The notes under the pieces: model-generated
The model's database searches: none
Seen by the model: the letters and a program-made list of their open reading frames with translations, nothing else
Told to the model about the DNA's origin: nothing
NCBI GenBank assembly: GCA_951406725.2
Contig: OX597815.1
Location: 77,128,001 to 77,192,000, forward strand
Length of the DNA stretch: 64,000 nucleotides
DNA from: Octopus vulgaris
Taxonomy: Eukaryota
Direction of reading: 5' to 3'
Made by a program: the position numbers and the translations under genes
Shown here: positions 1 through 13,442 of the stretch, one piece after another
Layout of the letters: every line of letters begins with the position of its first letter
How positions within the stretch are numbered: position 1 is the stretch's first letter

Positions 1-680
1 GAAGGTTACTTAATTCTTCCATACTTTACTGAATGTGATACGAACATACAACTAATATATACGTGTGTATATATATATATATATATATCATACATATAAG
101 AGGGATGACCACAACGTGGACATCCATTATGGTGGAAGTAGATCCTCTATGGTCTTACCACTAAGAAAGGAATGTTCCCAAGAAAAATTTAGCAAACGCC
201 AGAACGTAAGCGAGCAAGACATGAAAAGAAACAAAATATAGATTAATCATAAACTAATTTCGCTATTAATACTTACGTAATTGTTTGTAGCTCTTCAGTA
301 TGATCGTCATTTCAAATATAATTTGAAGAACTATACACGGGACGTCCGCCTGAGATTGAACATGTATATAGTTCTACCAATTACACTTAGGGTTATCTTT
401 CAAAAGTCTTCATTTTGGCGCGCTAAAATACCGGAAATAATTCTGCAGAAAATAATTCTCTGCAGTGAATTTTAAATTTTCATTTCACCCTTATTATCTT
501 TAATGTAAATTTATACATACATATATATATATATACAGGTAATGTCGATTTGGTGGAGTGAGCTTGTACGAACACAAATATTTGATCATTCTAAACAAAT
601 CAACTGTGCGGTTGTTCAGCAAGAAATTGAAGAACCTTCATATGTCGCCTAACGGCGGGAGAGTTCATGGTGTGTGTGTG

Positions 681-737
<57 letters not shown>

Positions 738-744
738 ACATATG

Positions 745-776
<32 letters not shown>

Positions 777-1058
777 TGTATGTATGTATGTATGTATATG
801 CATATATAGGTACAGGACATCACCAATTGTGTAAACAACAAGAAATACGAAAACAAACGAGTTAAATACGAGAGAAAAAATGGAAAACAGAATATGTAAC
901 AGAGAACGATCCTTCATCAGTTGTCGACTGTCTATTTACTCCTTATTTAGCGCATTCAACGACAATATGAGTCTTCGAAGACAGTTGCTCCCATAAATTC
1001 CAAAATATAATTTTGGTTTTATGGAGAGTGAAAGTTGGGAACAAGTAAATATAAATTA

Positions 1059-1094
<36 letters not shown>

Positions 1095-1487
1095 TGTATG
1101 TATGTATGTATGTATGTATGATTGTAGTCTCTCGTAGTCCGAGAAGGAGGGTTCTGCAATTTCTTGCTGATCAACCTGTGCAAATGATTTGTTTATTGCG
1201 ATGAAATATTTTTGCTATGCATTAGTTCACTCCCTCCGTCAAATCAACGTTGATTCAATGGGTGCAGTGTACTACACATCAGATGTCTAAATGATCGTAA
1301 GCAACGTATTTTGCTCAAGAATCCAAGACACCATTCGGTCTAACGATTGTGAGTGCAACACTCAAGCCAGTAGCACACACACACGCACACACACATACAC
1401 ACATACATACATACATACATACATACATACATACATACATACATACATACATACATACATACATACATACATACATACATACATACA

Positions 1488-2990
1488 AAAAGCCTTGAAC
1501 TAGTTACAACATTATCAAAGGATGTAGGGTTGGAGTTTGGTCAGGATAAATGTTATATGGTTGTGAAAAAGGGGAAAACTATAAACCAGACTAGTGGCAT
1601 CTCTGTCAATGATTTGTCTGTTTCCCCTGTATCTGACGAGAAATGTTACAGATATCTAGAGGTGGGTGAAAATATATCTTACAGTACCACCTGTAACAAA
1701 ACACGTATAACTAAAGAATATTACGCCCTCAGAACTCTCTGCATTCAATGAAACAGTGGCCCACAATGTGTTTGCAGTGCCAATTCTCATACCAACACAT
1801 GGGCTGCATGATTGAACGCTTGATGAGATCCGAGCCATTCATGTGAAAACCCGAAAAGTAATAACAAGTACACATGATTTCCACATAAACAGTGATGTGG
1901 ACCGCCACTACCTAATACGAAAACAAGACGGGAGAAGCTTAACATCGGTCCAAAATGCCTTTGAATGTCGCATCATATCCCTTCGGCAGCATCTTTTAAG
2001 CACAAAGTGTCGAAGCGCATCCCTTGACCAGGTTTGCATACATGTGGCTGATAACATCATAAGACTTGGAAGGCAGCTCCTTGAGCAACACACTTTGTCT
2101 TATAACCTAGAATACATGCCAAAGAAGTCGCATAATTCTACTGCAATATATCATCAGATGAAAGGATGAGCCTATATGAAGAGACGACTATTCATGGATA
2201 TGTAAGTAGAAAGCTCCCTGATGATAGTAACAACGAATCATCAAAGCAGTTTATCATGGACGAATAACCGGATTATTACCTACCACTTTGAAGGGTATGC
2301 GTTTGCAATCCAGGAACAGAAAATATCAACCAAGTACCTAATGCACAAAAAGGATAGAGGAACGGGAAAAGCCGTAAAATATAACAACCTATGCAGACTT
2401 TGTGGAGTTCACACTGAAGATATCACCCACATCATAAGCAGTCGTCTGAAAATGGCATCACGATATTATCTAACGATTATACATGACATTGTAGCTAGGA
2501 CACTCTATAATGAAATCCATCGGAAGGATAATCCCGAGGACAAAGAAATAAAAACCCACAATATGGTAGAAGCCATAGCCACTCATAATGAAAAGGAATA
2601 CTGATGGAATGTACCAGTGAAGACCTCAGTAAAATGTAAGCACAACAGACCTGATATAATGATTTGGGATAGAGAAAAGAAACTGTGCACAGATGTAGAA
2701 ATTAGCTACCCAACGGATGCTAACATAAAACTGAGGATCAGTGAAAAAGAGAACACCTATGCTGAACTATTGACAAATTTACAGTTGCTCTATCCAGATT
2801 ACAAGTTTGGGTTTATACCTGTAATTATTGGGGCCCTGGGATATATAACAAACTGCCTAAATACCAATCTTGAGAAATTAGGCTTCTCAAAACAAGAAAG
2901 GAGAAAGCTAATTCGAAGACTACAGATCCAACCCATCACTAGAACTGTAAGAATCTGTAAAACTTTCCAGAGGTTTATCATTTACATATC
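1488..2990 (+). mobile_element. Degraded 5'-truncated RLE-type (R4/Dong-like) non-LTR retrotransposon
   Basis: Broken ORFs give the RT end (LEFGQDKC), a CRLC..H zinc knuckle, an RHD-like IHD, and restriction-like endonuclease RPDIMIWD..E motifs. Stops and frameshifts are present, and it is flanked by (CATA)n. Confidence 0.85.
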
Positions 2991-3559
2991 TAGATATGTA
3001 ACTCTATGCATGAGAATATATATATAAAACATACAAATCTGCTCACGCATACATACATACATACATACATACATACATACATACATACATACATACATAC
3101 ATACATACATACATACATACATACAAGAAAAAATACACCGTTGTTGATGTTGAAATTCCAACGAAGGAACCTTGGATCTAGGATAGAAACCAATTCTTTC
3201 TATATTGGCAAGAAATCTTGAAATATACTGAATAATGACACACAAACATATATATGTATATATGTATATATAAATTATATATTCATTAATAATAACTAAC
3301 ACTTTAAAACACGCATACACACATACACACAGCTACACAAGCTCATATATATAATTTTTGCTCAGTTGTCTCTTGTAAAAATGTGCATTAGTGTCGCTTG
3401 TCAGAAGTTGTCATGGACCTTAAGTAACACAACCCAACAGGTATTTTGTCAAGACGTTTGTACCTGATTTGAAGGCCTTTTTTGATATGCCGAATCCAAA
3501 CATGGAATCCATTTTTTACCATCGCATCTTGATTGCAAGATACCCCAACTCTGCAACCA

Positions 3560-4570
3560 CTAGTGAGTGATATATGGTCGATTTTCTCCTGGGGCAACAA
3601 AGTGGAACCACAAAATATCCATGTTTTTTACGTGTGTGCAACAGCAGAGCTAAAGAAAAACATTAAGTGATCAAAGAATAGATGTAGTGAACATTATTAG
3701 TTCCCGAGTCTTTTAATGTGGTTGAAGAGCCTTTAGTTCAACCGGGAAAAATCTTGCTACATTCACTCTATATCAAATTTAGAATTATGAAATAGTTTGT
3801 TGAAGGTCTGGATAAAAATGAACCCTGCTTACATATTATCTGCAGCAAATTTCCCGGTTTAAGCAGTAAAAAGATAAAAACAGGACTATTTGATGGGCCT
3901 CAAATCAGAAAATTTATGAAAGATGGGTACTTTGTAAATTTAATGAATTGTATTGAAGCAGTAGCATGGAATTCATTTGTAATAGTCGTAAATTCCTTTC
4001 TGCACAATAAGAAAGCAGCCAATTATGCCGAGATAGTCGACAACATGCTGGAGTAAAAAGTTGAGAGCAAATGTGAGCATAAAGTTCCAAAGACTCCTTG
4101 ATGAATTCCCTGAAAATCTTTGTAAGACAAGTGATGTGTAGGGAGAACGTTTCCATCAGGATATATCAATGGAACAAAGGTATCAAGGCAGATGCGACTT
4201 GCATATCATGGCGGACTATTGCTGAAACTTGGCCCGTGATCTTCCTAAGGTTCAGCCCTCTAGAAGATCATTCAAGCGCAAATTCATAGGAAATTAGGTA
4301 TAAACAATTATATAATTCGTCTTTAGAAATTTTAAGATTTATACCAGTTCTTCAGTAAAATTTTAAGGAAACATTCTGGCTTCAAAGAAACACAAATTTC
4401 TACGCCGTATGATAACTTATTGAAAAAACAATGAAATTCTATGTATCTAATATCTTCAAATTTTGATGTGATGGTAATAAATTGGTGTCATTTTCGGACA
4501 CCGTGAGCCAAAAACCTTGTTCAAGTTCAAATTGTTTGAAAATCAGCAAAAGATTGTATCGCTCGCATGT
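3560..4570 (+). mobile_element. Degraded DNA transposase relic, probably Chapaev3 (CMC)-like
   Basis: Manual translation at about 3750-3920 gives LYIKFRIMK*FVEGLDK…KFPGLSSKKIKTGLFDGPQIRKFMKD, matching the LHIKLGLMKQFVKAL…GIFDGPQIR transposase signature. Family name is from recall. Confidence 0.65.
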
Positions 4571-4575
4571 AATTT

Positions 4576-4715
4576 TTGTCCATAATTGTGGACAACACCT
4601 ACTTCTCTTTCCAGGACCATATATACAAACAGACAACAGGTCTCCCCATGGGATCTAGTCTCTGGGGCCTACTAGCCATCACTTATATGAACTATCTGGA
4701 ACGTCGAGTATTCAA
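4576..4715 (+). mobile_element. Short Penelope-like RT fragment
   Basis: NTYFSFQDHIYKQTTGLPMGSSL is the PLE RT motif (Q..G.PMGS). It is fused directly to an RLE-LINE fragment. Confidence 0.7.
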
Positions 4716-5430
4716 CATCTCCCACTTTGAAAGCTATACGTTTGTAATCCATGAACAAGAAATATCAACCAAATACCTGGTGCCAAATACCTGGTGCCAA
4801 ATACCTGGTGCCAAATACCTGATGGCACGCAGTTGCAGGAAAAGCATCAAATTGAGACATTTTGTGGAGTTAACACCGAAGATATCACCCACATCATGAG
4901 CAGATGTCCGAAAATGTCATCACAGTATTATCTACCAATGAGATGTGATGTTGTTTATACGTTCTGTAAACCTATTGTCATTCATGTTAAGGAACTCTGA
5001 AAGATATCTCACTGCCTCACAAGGAAACAGAAATCCTTGAGCAGCATCCCTTGTCTGATAACCTTAAATACATGACCAAAGGCGTCGCACGACTCTACTG
5101 CAATGTATCATCAGATGAAATGATGAACGTATATCAGCAGAAGACCTTGCATGGATATGTAAGTAGAAAACTCCGAGGACACTGTATAACGAGATCCGTT
5201 GGAAGGATAACTCTGAGGTCAAAGAAATAAGAACCCTCTGTATGGTGGAAACCATAGCCACTTATAATAAAATGGAATACCGGTGGAATGTCCCAGTAAA
5301 GACCTCAATAAAATGTAAACATAATAGACATAACAGACATAGTTAACTGGGATGGAAAAAAGAAACTATGTACAGTTGTGAAAATCAGCTACCTAGAGAA
5401 TGTTTACATAAAGCTAAAGAGCTACGAAAA
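4716..5430 (+). mobile_element. Second, rearranged fragments of the R4/Dong-like LINE
   Basis: Similar to 2190-2760 (EDITHIMSRCPKMSSQYYLPMR). The fuller version is at 46800-47910. Confidence 0.75.
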
Positions 5431-5648
5431 TCTGTGGTGCGATTAGCAATCACCAACATATGAAATCGATCGTAACGTGGAAAAAAAGGGAAAATAACTA
5501 AAATAAGGTCTCTGAAGACAAATGTCAAAAGACAAACGCACTCACACACACACACACACACACACACACTAACACACACACATAGATGCATTCATACGAC
5601 ATACGTATAGAATATACATACATATATAGAAATAATGTCATGTGTATG

Positions 5649-5691
<43 letters not shown>

Positions 5692-5707
5692 CATATATAT
5701 ATATATA

Positions 5708-5764
<57 letters not shown>

Positions 5765-5765
5765 C

Positions 5766-6931
5766 CTAGCATTATGACCCGGCGTTGCACGCTCCGTGGA
5801 CTCGAACCTTGCTTCTATTGTGGCGAATTTACCGCCTCTGGTTAGATACTTGATATCTTTCATAGTCGCACCAAGACAATTTTCGATGGTGCTTTCCTCC
5901 AGGTGTTCAAATCTTTTTTTTTTTTCTCTACATTTTATACTTTATAGACAATAGTCTTTTCTTTAATTTTATTTTTTATTTCGTTTGGTGGTGTTATCCT
6001 AGATTCACCGTCCTTGTCAGTGATCAATCCGAAATAGGTTTGTATTTCTTCCATTTTAATTTTAATGAGTTCGCGCCCGTCGACGGCTATAGTGAAATTC
6101 ATTTTTGGACTTTCTTCTATCGAAGACATTTTAACAAAAATGCTTCCGTATAACCGGTGAAAATATTGTCAATTTCCCCAAACAGGGACACAATTCAATT
6201 TTTAAACAATAACCAAAGCTCCTTCTCCCAAAGGGGGGGGTTACGGTTTACAATTATTTAACAAATACAACACAACAATGTTTCCCTTACGAGGAACCAA
6301 CAAACGTGATAATAATAAACAGTAATAATAATAACAACAAACCTTACGGTGAATCAAAAAGCAGTACGCAGTTAAAGCTATAGTCCTTTATGTATAAGAG
6401 ATAAACCAAAAGCAGTACTCAGCAGAAGCGGCTGTTCGAGAAAACTTCATATAGATACTTAATGCTAGCTAATTAGCAGATAATCTAATGTAAAACCCGT
6501 GGTAAACGGTACGTGCACAGCTCCGTCTGGACTATTCCATTTCTGTGAAACCACTTATTCAAGTTCAAGTCATTGATGCAATTTTATACCAATTGTTATT
6601 TTTACTTTTAATTGTTATGTTACGATTTAATTATTATATTATACTGTAGTTTGATTTTAATTATTACTTACTACATATAATTCAATTGTTATTATTATCT
6701 CTAATTTTTATTGTTAAAGTGAAAGTATCTGACATAAAATAGAGAAATGTTTTTGTTTCACTTTTAACGCGTAATATTGAAATAGTGGAGAAAATATGAT
6801 TTTGCTGTGGGCTCGCCCTGGGCAAAAAGTTAAAAAAATTTGCCTATGACACTCCCCGGCCCTTAAGTAAGGTATGTGAAAAATTTGAATGAAATTGGTT
6901 GTGTACTTCTCAAGTTTTAGGGAAACACACA

Positions 6932-6972
<41 letters not shown>

Positions 6973-6977
6973 TCTCA

Positions 6978-6990
<13 letters not shown>
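5766..6990 (-). mobile_element. Non-autonomous Helitron-like element carrying a captured ORF fragment
   Basis: The minus-strand 3' end reads gcaacgccgggtcataatgCTAG, like the Helitron end at 21030. The 5' end reads tatataaaactgagaatgtgtg. The internal ORF 6129->5785 ([10 protein letters not shown]…FESTERA) is frameshifted here but intact at 49431->49090. Confidence 0.7.
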
Positions 6991-7019
<29 letters not shown>

Positions 7020-7031
7020 TATATACACATA

Positions 7032-7925
7032 TCTTTATATATATAAAACTGAGAATGTGTGTCTGTCTGTGTGTTCCCTAAAACTTGAGAACAATACAAC
7101 CAATTCCATTCAAATTTTACACATGCCTTACTTAGGGTCCATGTAGTTTCATGGGAAAAAAATGTTCAACTTTTTGCCTAGAGCGAGCCCATAGCAATAT
7201 CATATCTTCTCCACTGTTTCAGTATTATGTGTTAAAAGTGAAACAAAAACGTTTCTCTATTTTATGTCAAATTCTTTCACTTTAACAATAAAAATACTTA
7301 TAACAATTGAATTATATGTAGTAAGTAATAATTAAAATCAAACTAAAGTATAATATAATCGTAACATAACAAAAAGTAAAAATAGCAATTGGTATAAAAT
7401 TGCATCAATGATTTGAACTTGAATAAGTGGTTTCACATGAATGGGAATAAATTAAAAATAAAATTAGCGTGCAGAAATGGAATAGTTCAGATGGATAATA
7501 AAAAATTAGATCAAAGAAAAGACTATTGTCTATAAAGTATGCAATGTAGAGAAAAAAGATTTGAACATGTGGAGGAAAGCACCTTCGAAAAGTGTCTTGG
7601 TGCGACTATGAAAGGTATCTAATCAGAGGCGGTAAATTCGCCACAATAGAAGCAAGGTTCGAGTCCACGGAGCGTGCAAGGGAGTACTCGACTCGAACTT
7701 GCAAAGTGGAAATATTTTATTTTACCTTTATATCTGGGACGTAGGACGTCCCGGATAAAAATTTAAAATGCCTCATAGCCCCCACCCTCGAAGTTGAGGT
7801 AGGCTGGATTGTAGCCACACTTCTATAAAAGAGGGAGGAGAAGATACAATTGATCGAAATTACAAGAGACGGGCTAACAATTCCAGTCTGTTATATATTT
7901 TGAGTATTGTTATCACTAGCGATAT
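7032..7925 (+). mobile_element. Second copy of the same Helitron-like family, head-to-head with the first
   Basis: Starts TCtttatatatataaaactgagaatg and is the reverse complement of 5785-6990, except for a missing block of about 540 bp. The 3' boundary is uncertain. Confidence 0.6.
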
Positions 7926-7998
7926 CAAGATATAACTTTGTATTTTGTATTTTATGTGTAGATGTATATATATAGATGTACATGTAATATGCACACAT

Positions 7999-8532
7999 TC
8001 AGGAGTGGCGATGGGAACGCGAATGGGCCCCAACTATGCGAACCTGTTCGTTGGCTATGTTGAGGCCCAAATATTCTCTAGTTTCACTCCCGAACTATAC
8101 GGTCGTTACATTGACGACATTATCGGTGCCACCTCACTCTCCCGTGAACATCTAAATTCCTTCCTCTCTTTCGTTCAATCCTTCCATCCTGCCCTCCACT
8201 TCACCTCCACTATCTCCAACACCTCTGTCTCCTTCCTCGACATTTCGGTCAGCATTCTTCACTCCACTCTTACCACCTCCATTCACTACAAACACACAGA
8301 CTCACACTCATACCTAAACTTCTCTTCCTCCCACCCCAAACACACCAAGCTTTCCATCCCCTATTCCCAATTCCTCCGTCTACGTAGGCTCTGTAGTGAC
8401 GACCATGACTTTGAGACTCAGTCTCAACTCATGGCTCGCCACTTCATCCTACGTGGATACCCCCTCACCACTATCCACACCGCCCTTGTCAGAGCACGTT
8501 CCGTAGACCGTGCATCTGCTCTCTCCCCCCGA
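7999..8532 (+). mobile_element. Truncated Neptune-type PLE RT fragment
   Basis: GVAMGTRMGPNYANLF, RYIDDI, FLDI and YKHTDS motifs. Highly similar to 38259-38800. Confidence 0.9.
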
Positions 8533-10224
8533 GAGGAGATTAGTCTCTAAGCATTTTAAGCAGGGTCATAAATTCTACAGAATATTTAATAGAAGAACCC
8601 TGAAGGTTAGCTATTCTTGTTGCAGAAATTTCGCCTCTTACATTAGCCAACATAATAGGAAGCTAATTGAGATTAGACATGGTGCCGAGCCCATTAAGAA
8701 ATGTAATTTCAAAAACGAAAGCTCCTGTCCGTTAGAAGGGAAATGTCTAGTGAAAGGAGTAGTTTATAGAGCCAAGGTGCAAGTGGAAGGCTCATCGGAA
8801 TACAAGACATACACAGGGGCTTCAGAAAGTTCATTTAAAACAAGATTTTATTCTCATAAGAATTCTTTTAAATACCCAGAGAATAGGAAGAAAACCAGCC
8901 TAGCAAAATATGTCTGGGAACTAAAAGAAAAGGAAGCCCCACCTTTCAACGTGACATGGAGCATTCTGGACAGGGCGGCACCATACAGGCATGGAGCTTA
9001 CAAATATAATTTCAAGTGCAGACTTTGCCTATTAGAAAAAATGCACATCTTATTCAAAGACAATAATTCTTTGAATCAAAGAAGTGAGTTAATGAACTTA
9101 TGTAGGCACGCGGCTAAATTTAAAATGTCGAATATAAATATACCATATGGATAGAGTATATATTTTGTATTTTTGATTTTTGATTTTGATTTTGACTCTT
9201 GAGCGCTACGACGGATTTATAGCAAAGTCTTATGTTTCTACATATATATTAGGAAAAACCTACAAACTTTGTTTTCATGTTATTGTATTGCATAGGATTA
9301 CCTTGATTATTTATATTACCTTGATTATTTATAAATGACCCAAAATAGGATGTTATATTTTATTTTATATGTCTTTCGTATATATTTTTATTAATGCACC
9401 CATTTTTTTAAAAGCAATGTTTTTTTAAAAAAAGCAATGTTGTCAAAATTAGAATGTTTATATAAGTATGTGTATAGCAAAGCATATGTATTTGTAAGCA
9501 TGCGTATCTGTGTATGTGTAAGTGAAAGTATGCTTGTGCTTAAGCACACATATACACGACGGTATGTGTATGTATCAATTCAAACTTGTGTATGTATACT
9601 GGTCTCTATAGATGCCAATAACATCGTTACAAGTTTTTTCCCCACCCCTCCTTCGTTCCTTTTTCTCTCTTTCCCTTTCTTTCGTTCCCCCTCCTTGCTC
9701 AGTATATGAGAATTGCTACATAGATGAATTTTAGCTTGCGTGCGAGACGGTTTGCGTGAATATATGTACACATGCTTTTATGTGTATATTTAGATTCATA
9801 TTCATACGTCTGTATATGTATGTATGGCGTTTACGCGCATCCTTTTGTGTATGTTGATATATATATGTAGATTTTAATATAAATATGTATTGCAGTATTT
9901 ATAACAGGTTTAATTTCTATGCATTAATTTGTACTGTCTTCATTAACGGCAATAGGTTTTTTCCTCGGTTTTTTTCTCGGATTTTATAATTTTTATAAGT
10001 TTTTTTATATATATATACATATATTTTTGACCTTTTTGTTTATCGCTCGAAGATTGACCGTTTTTTCTAAAGGGCCAATCAAACAAGTCCATTTCTTTTT
10101 AAAGGTGTAGCGTTTGTAAGAGTATAGATTGAATTAATATATAAGTTCCATTCTAGCAAAAACTGCCTGATGAACGGCAACGAGAAACTCAGAGTAACAG
10201 ATTTTGTTGAATTTTCTGCTGCTT

Positions 10225-10228
<4 letters not shown>
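8533..10228 (+). mobile_element. 5'-truncated PLE of a different lineage (tentatively Naiad-like): linker, GIY-YIG endonuclease and 3' region with a hammerhead
   Basis: ORF to 9154 with IFNRRTLKVSYSC, a Cys linker, VVY…YTG (GIY-YIG), and CRLC..E…LNQRSE…CRH. It ends in (TA)n just after a hammerhead motif. Confidence 0.85.
10156..10208 (+). ncRNA. Type I hammerhead ribozyme motif (canonical core)
   Basis: gcaaaaactgc-CTGATGA-acggcaacga-GAAA-ctcagag-TA-acagattttgt. Core CUGAUGA/GAAA, near-palindromic stem III, GUA cleavage site. Single mismatches in stems I and II. Confidence 0.75.
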
Positions 10229-10280
<52 letters not shown>

Positions 10281-10322
10281 CAAACATACATACATACATT
10301 CATACATACATACATACATACA

Positions 10323-10358
<36 letters not shown>

Positions 10359-11119
10359 TAGCGCATATATATACATATATATGCACATATATATACATTT
10401 ATATTTATGTATACATATATATTTGTATATATATATATATATATATATAATTATATATATATATATATATATGCATATACATACATAGACACATATATAC
10501 ATACATGTGTGTGTGTGTATGAAGAAATTCGTAGATATGGGCTAATAATTATGGAAACTCACAAATACAAGCGGATGGAAAAATTTTGCGCTCGTAGTAT
10601 TTTTCCTTCCCTTATACGTATTTATAATTTCGTGTGCATGAATGTCCAGTTTTTTAAAGTTAGCGCATATTTAAATCTATGTAAGCAGGCATATATTTAC
10701 ATGTGAATACGTATGCTTGCATGTAGATCTGTATAATGGAGGGAGAGCGAGAGAGAGAGAGAGAGAGAGTGAGTGTGTGTGATTTGTGTCTATGTGTATG
10801 TGTGTTTGTATGTATATATGTATATATATTGTACCGAGCCGAATAAATGGGAGGGCTGAAGGACAGGATGAGAGGAGAGGGAAAAGGCAATGGCAAAGAG
10901 TAGGTCGCCATAATAACAATTGCCATCGGTAACCTGATAAATTTTTAGATTGTTTACTTTATACTGTCTTTCAAAATGGCGAACGTTCTCACGGTTAATA
11001 GAGAACCACGCAAACAGATTAAATAAATATATAAAAAGAATAAAACAATCATAAAATAACCAGTTGTTTTCTCCTCTTCCCACTGATTTGAATAACAGAA
11101 TTTGAAGACAAATTTATTT

Positions 11120-11210
11120 GGTTGGTAACCAATGAAATTTCAATAGATACGTTGTTGGCGTTTCAAAAATGAACTTCCGGTGACACTTTCTCTAAGTATA
11201 TAAAACGAAA
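11120..11210 (+). promoter_or_regulatory. Putative Pol II promoter of the FABP-like gene
   Basis: CCAAT at about 11129, ETS-like ACTTCCGG at 11173-11180 and TATATAAAA at 11197-11205, about 90 nt upstream of the ATG. Conserved in copy B (about 59250-59340). Confidence 0.55.
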
Positions 11211-11291
11211 GATCTTTTTATAAAGCCACACTGAGACCTAGCGTTGATCAAGAAAATATACATAGCAATCTCAATATAAACAAATATCAAA

Positions 11292-11364
11292 ATGGACAAC
11301 TTTTTTGGTACATGGAAGCAAGAAGCTAAACCAGAAAATATGAAAGCTGTCATGGATGCTACCG
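11292..11364 (+). CDS. FABP/iLBP-like gene, exon 1 (MDNFFGTWKQEAKPENMKAVMDAT, 73 nt, phase 1)
   Basis: FxGxW N-terminal calycin motif, AAAATG start context, donor G|gtaagg. The 73-nt first coding exon is typical of FABP genes. Confidence 0.9.
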
Positions 11365-11674
11365 GTAAGGAAAATATTACATTAATATATTTTTATTATA
11401 TTAGTATATTTGTAGAAGTTTTGGAGGTTTCTTTTTTTATCAAAATATTTCTGTTTTTGGTAGAATGCTCTTTGAAGTTTTGGTCCTAGGTTAGAGTCAC
11501 TTTTTTATTAGTCCGTTAAACGGTACAGTGCTCATGACATTTGCATGTCTTCCTAATTTGGTGACGTTACTGCAGCTGATGGACATTATGATTCCAGCCG
11601 GTTAGTGCTTGCAAAGCCAGTCAGAGTCACGATACAAATGCTTTCAACAGAAGGCATGTCTATCTATCTATCTT

Positions 11675-11745
<71 letters not shown>

Positions 11746-12102
11746 GTCTATCTCTTTATCTATCTAGCTACATGTATATATGTGTGTGTGTGTGTGTGTG
11801 TGTATGTGTGTGTATTCTTTTATATTTTTTATCTTTCACTTGTTTCAGTCATTATATTGCAGCCATGCAGGGGCACCGCCTTGAAAGGCGATCATTCGGT
11901 TCTAGTAACATAACTGTCACTTATAAACCCACGTGGGTTTATTTACATTTCTGAAGAAAAAAGATAACCTTCCCCGAAAAATTTTAGCTGAATGAATCGA
12001 TCCCAGCACTTAACTTTTTTGCTAGGCCTGGTACTTATTCTGTCGGTCTCTTTTGCCGAACTTGGAGTACAATGCTCAGGAATTTTGAATAATGAATATT
12101 AT

Positions 12103-12170
<68 letters not shown>

Positions 12171-12174
<4 letters not shown>

Positions 12175-12243
12175 ATAACTTTTGTGGCACTTGGAAAAGA
12201 CAAGGTAAAAGAGAAGATATGCAAACTGTTATGAATGCTACCA
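12171..12243 (+). pseudogene. Diverged duplicate of FABP exon 1 with a dead donor (MDNFCGTWKRQGKREDMQTVMNAT)
   Basis: Homologous to exon 1, and the downstream intron homology runs to about 12510. The donor is ctaagg instead of gtaagg, and the upstream sequence is (TA)n. Confidence 0.75.
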
Positions 12244-12728
12244 CTAAGGGCAATATTATGATACTTTATATTTGTAAAGGTTTTTAAAGTATTTTATTTT
12301 ATTAATGTTTTTTCCTAAAATGCTCAAAACAAGTGTTTTGCAGCTTAAAGTAAACCTAACCAGATTTTGATCTTGGTTGGAACCAGTCTTATATTTGTCA
12401 GTGTGCAGATGGTATAGTACCGAAGACAATTTGCATGTTCTTTTCAGTTTGGTGAGGTTACTGTGATTGATGCATAACATGAACTGCAGCCGGACAGTAT
12501 TTGCAAAAGAAATTAGGAAAGGGAGTTGGCAGGGGTTCTGACACGAATTATTGCAACAAAGAATATACCAATCTATCTATCTATCTATTTATCTGATGGG
12601 TACAGGTTCGGTTCCCGTAACCGCCTCCTAGCAACCTTTTCCCGTCTTATAATGGTAAATACCCAATCTTTCTCTGCTGTTCTTACAACTTTACTGCGCT
12701 CGAAATTTACTTTTTTGTCTTCTGTAAA

Positions 12729-12791
<63 letters not shown>

Positions 12792-12929
12792 TGTGTACGT
12801 GTGTGCGTGTGCATGCATATACGCTTTATTTTCACACTTGTTTCAATCATTGGACTGCGGCCATATATACGTACATATACACACATGCACATGCACACAC
12901 ACATATACATGGCATGCGCGCACACACGT

Positions 12930-12976
<47 letters not shown>

Positions 12977-13344
12977 TACACACACTTTTAGTTTTTTGCT
13001 AATTTCAGCATGTGTGCTCTGGTTATACTGTGGCATCTCTATCATCCTTGTGACTGGATTTGGTAGATAGAAACTAAAAGAATACCTTCGTATAGATATA
13101 TTTGTCTGTGTATGTGTATCTATTTGTGTGTTAGTGTTTGTCTTTGTCCCCCACCATCGCTTGACAACCGATGTTAATTTGTTTACGTCCCCGAAACTAG
13201 CGGCTCGGCCAAAAGAGACCGACAGAATAAGTACTAGACTTACAAAGAATCAGTCCTAGAGTCGATTACTTCGACTAAAACGTTTTAAGGCGGTGTTTCC
13301 GGCATGGCCACAGTCTAATGATTAAAACAAGTAACAGAATAACA

Positions 13345-13442
<98 letters not shown>

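Noticed and set aside
3150-3210. Possible hammerhead relic after the RLE LINE (…cgaaggaaccttggatctaggatagaaacc…)
   Set aside because: The core and stems are too degenerate to support a call without a family consensus.
8510-9400. Selenocysteine/SECIS use, as reported for some Naiad PLEs
   Set aside because: No in-frame TGA in the fragment and no convincing SECIS fold visible.
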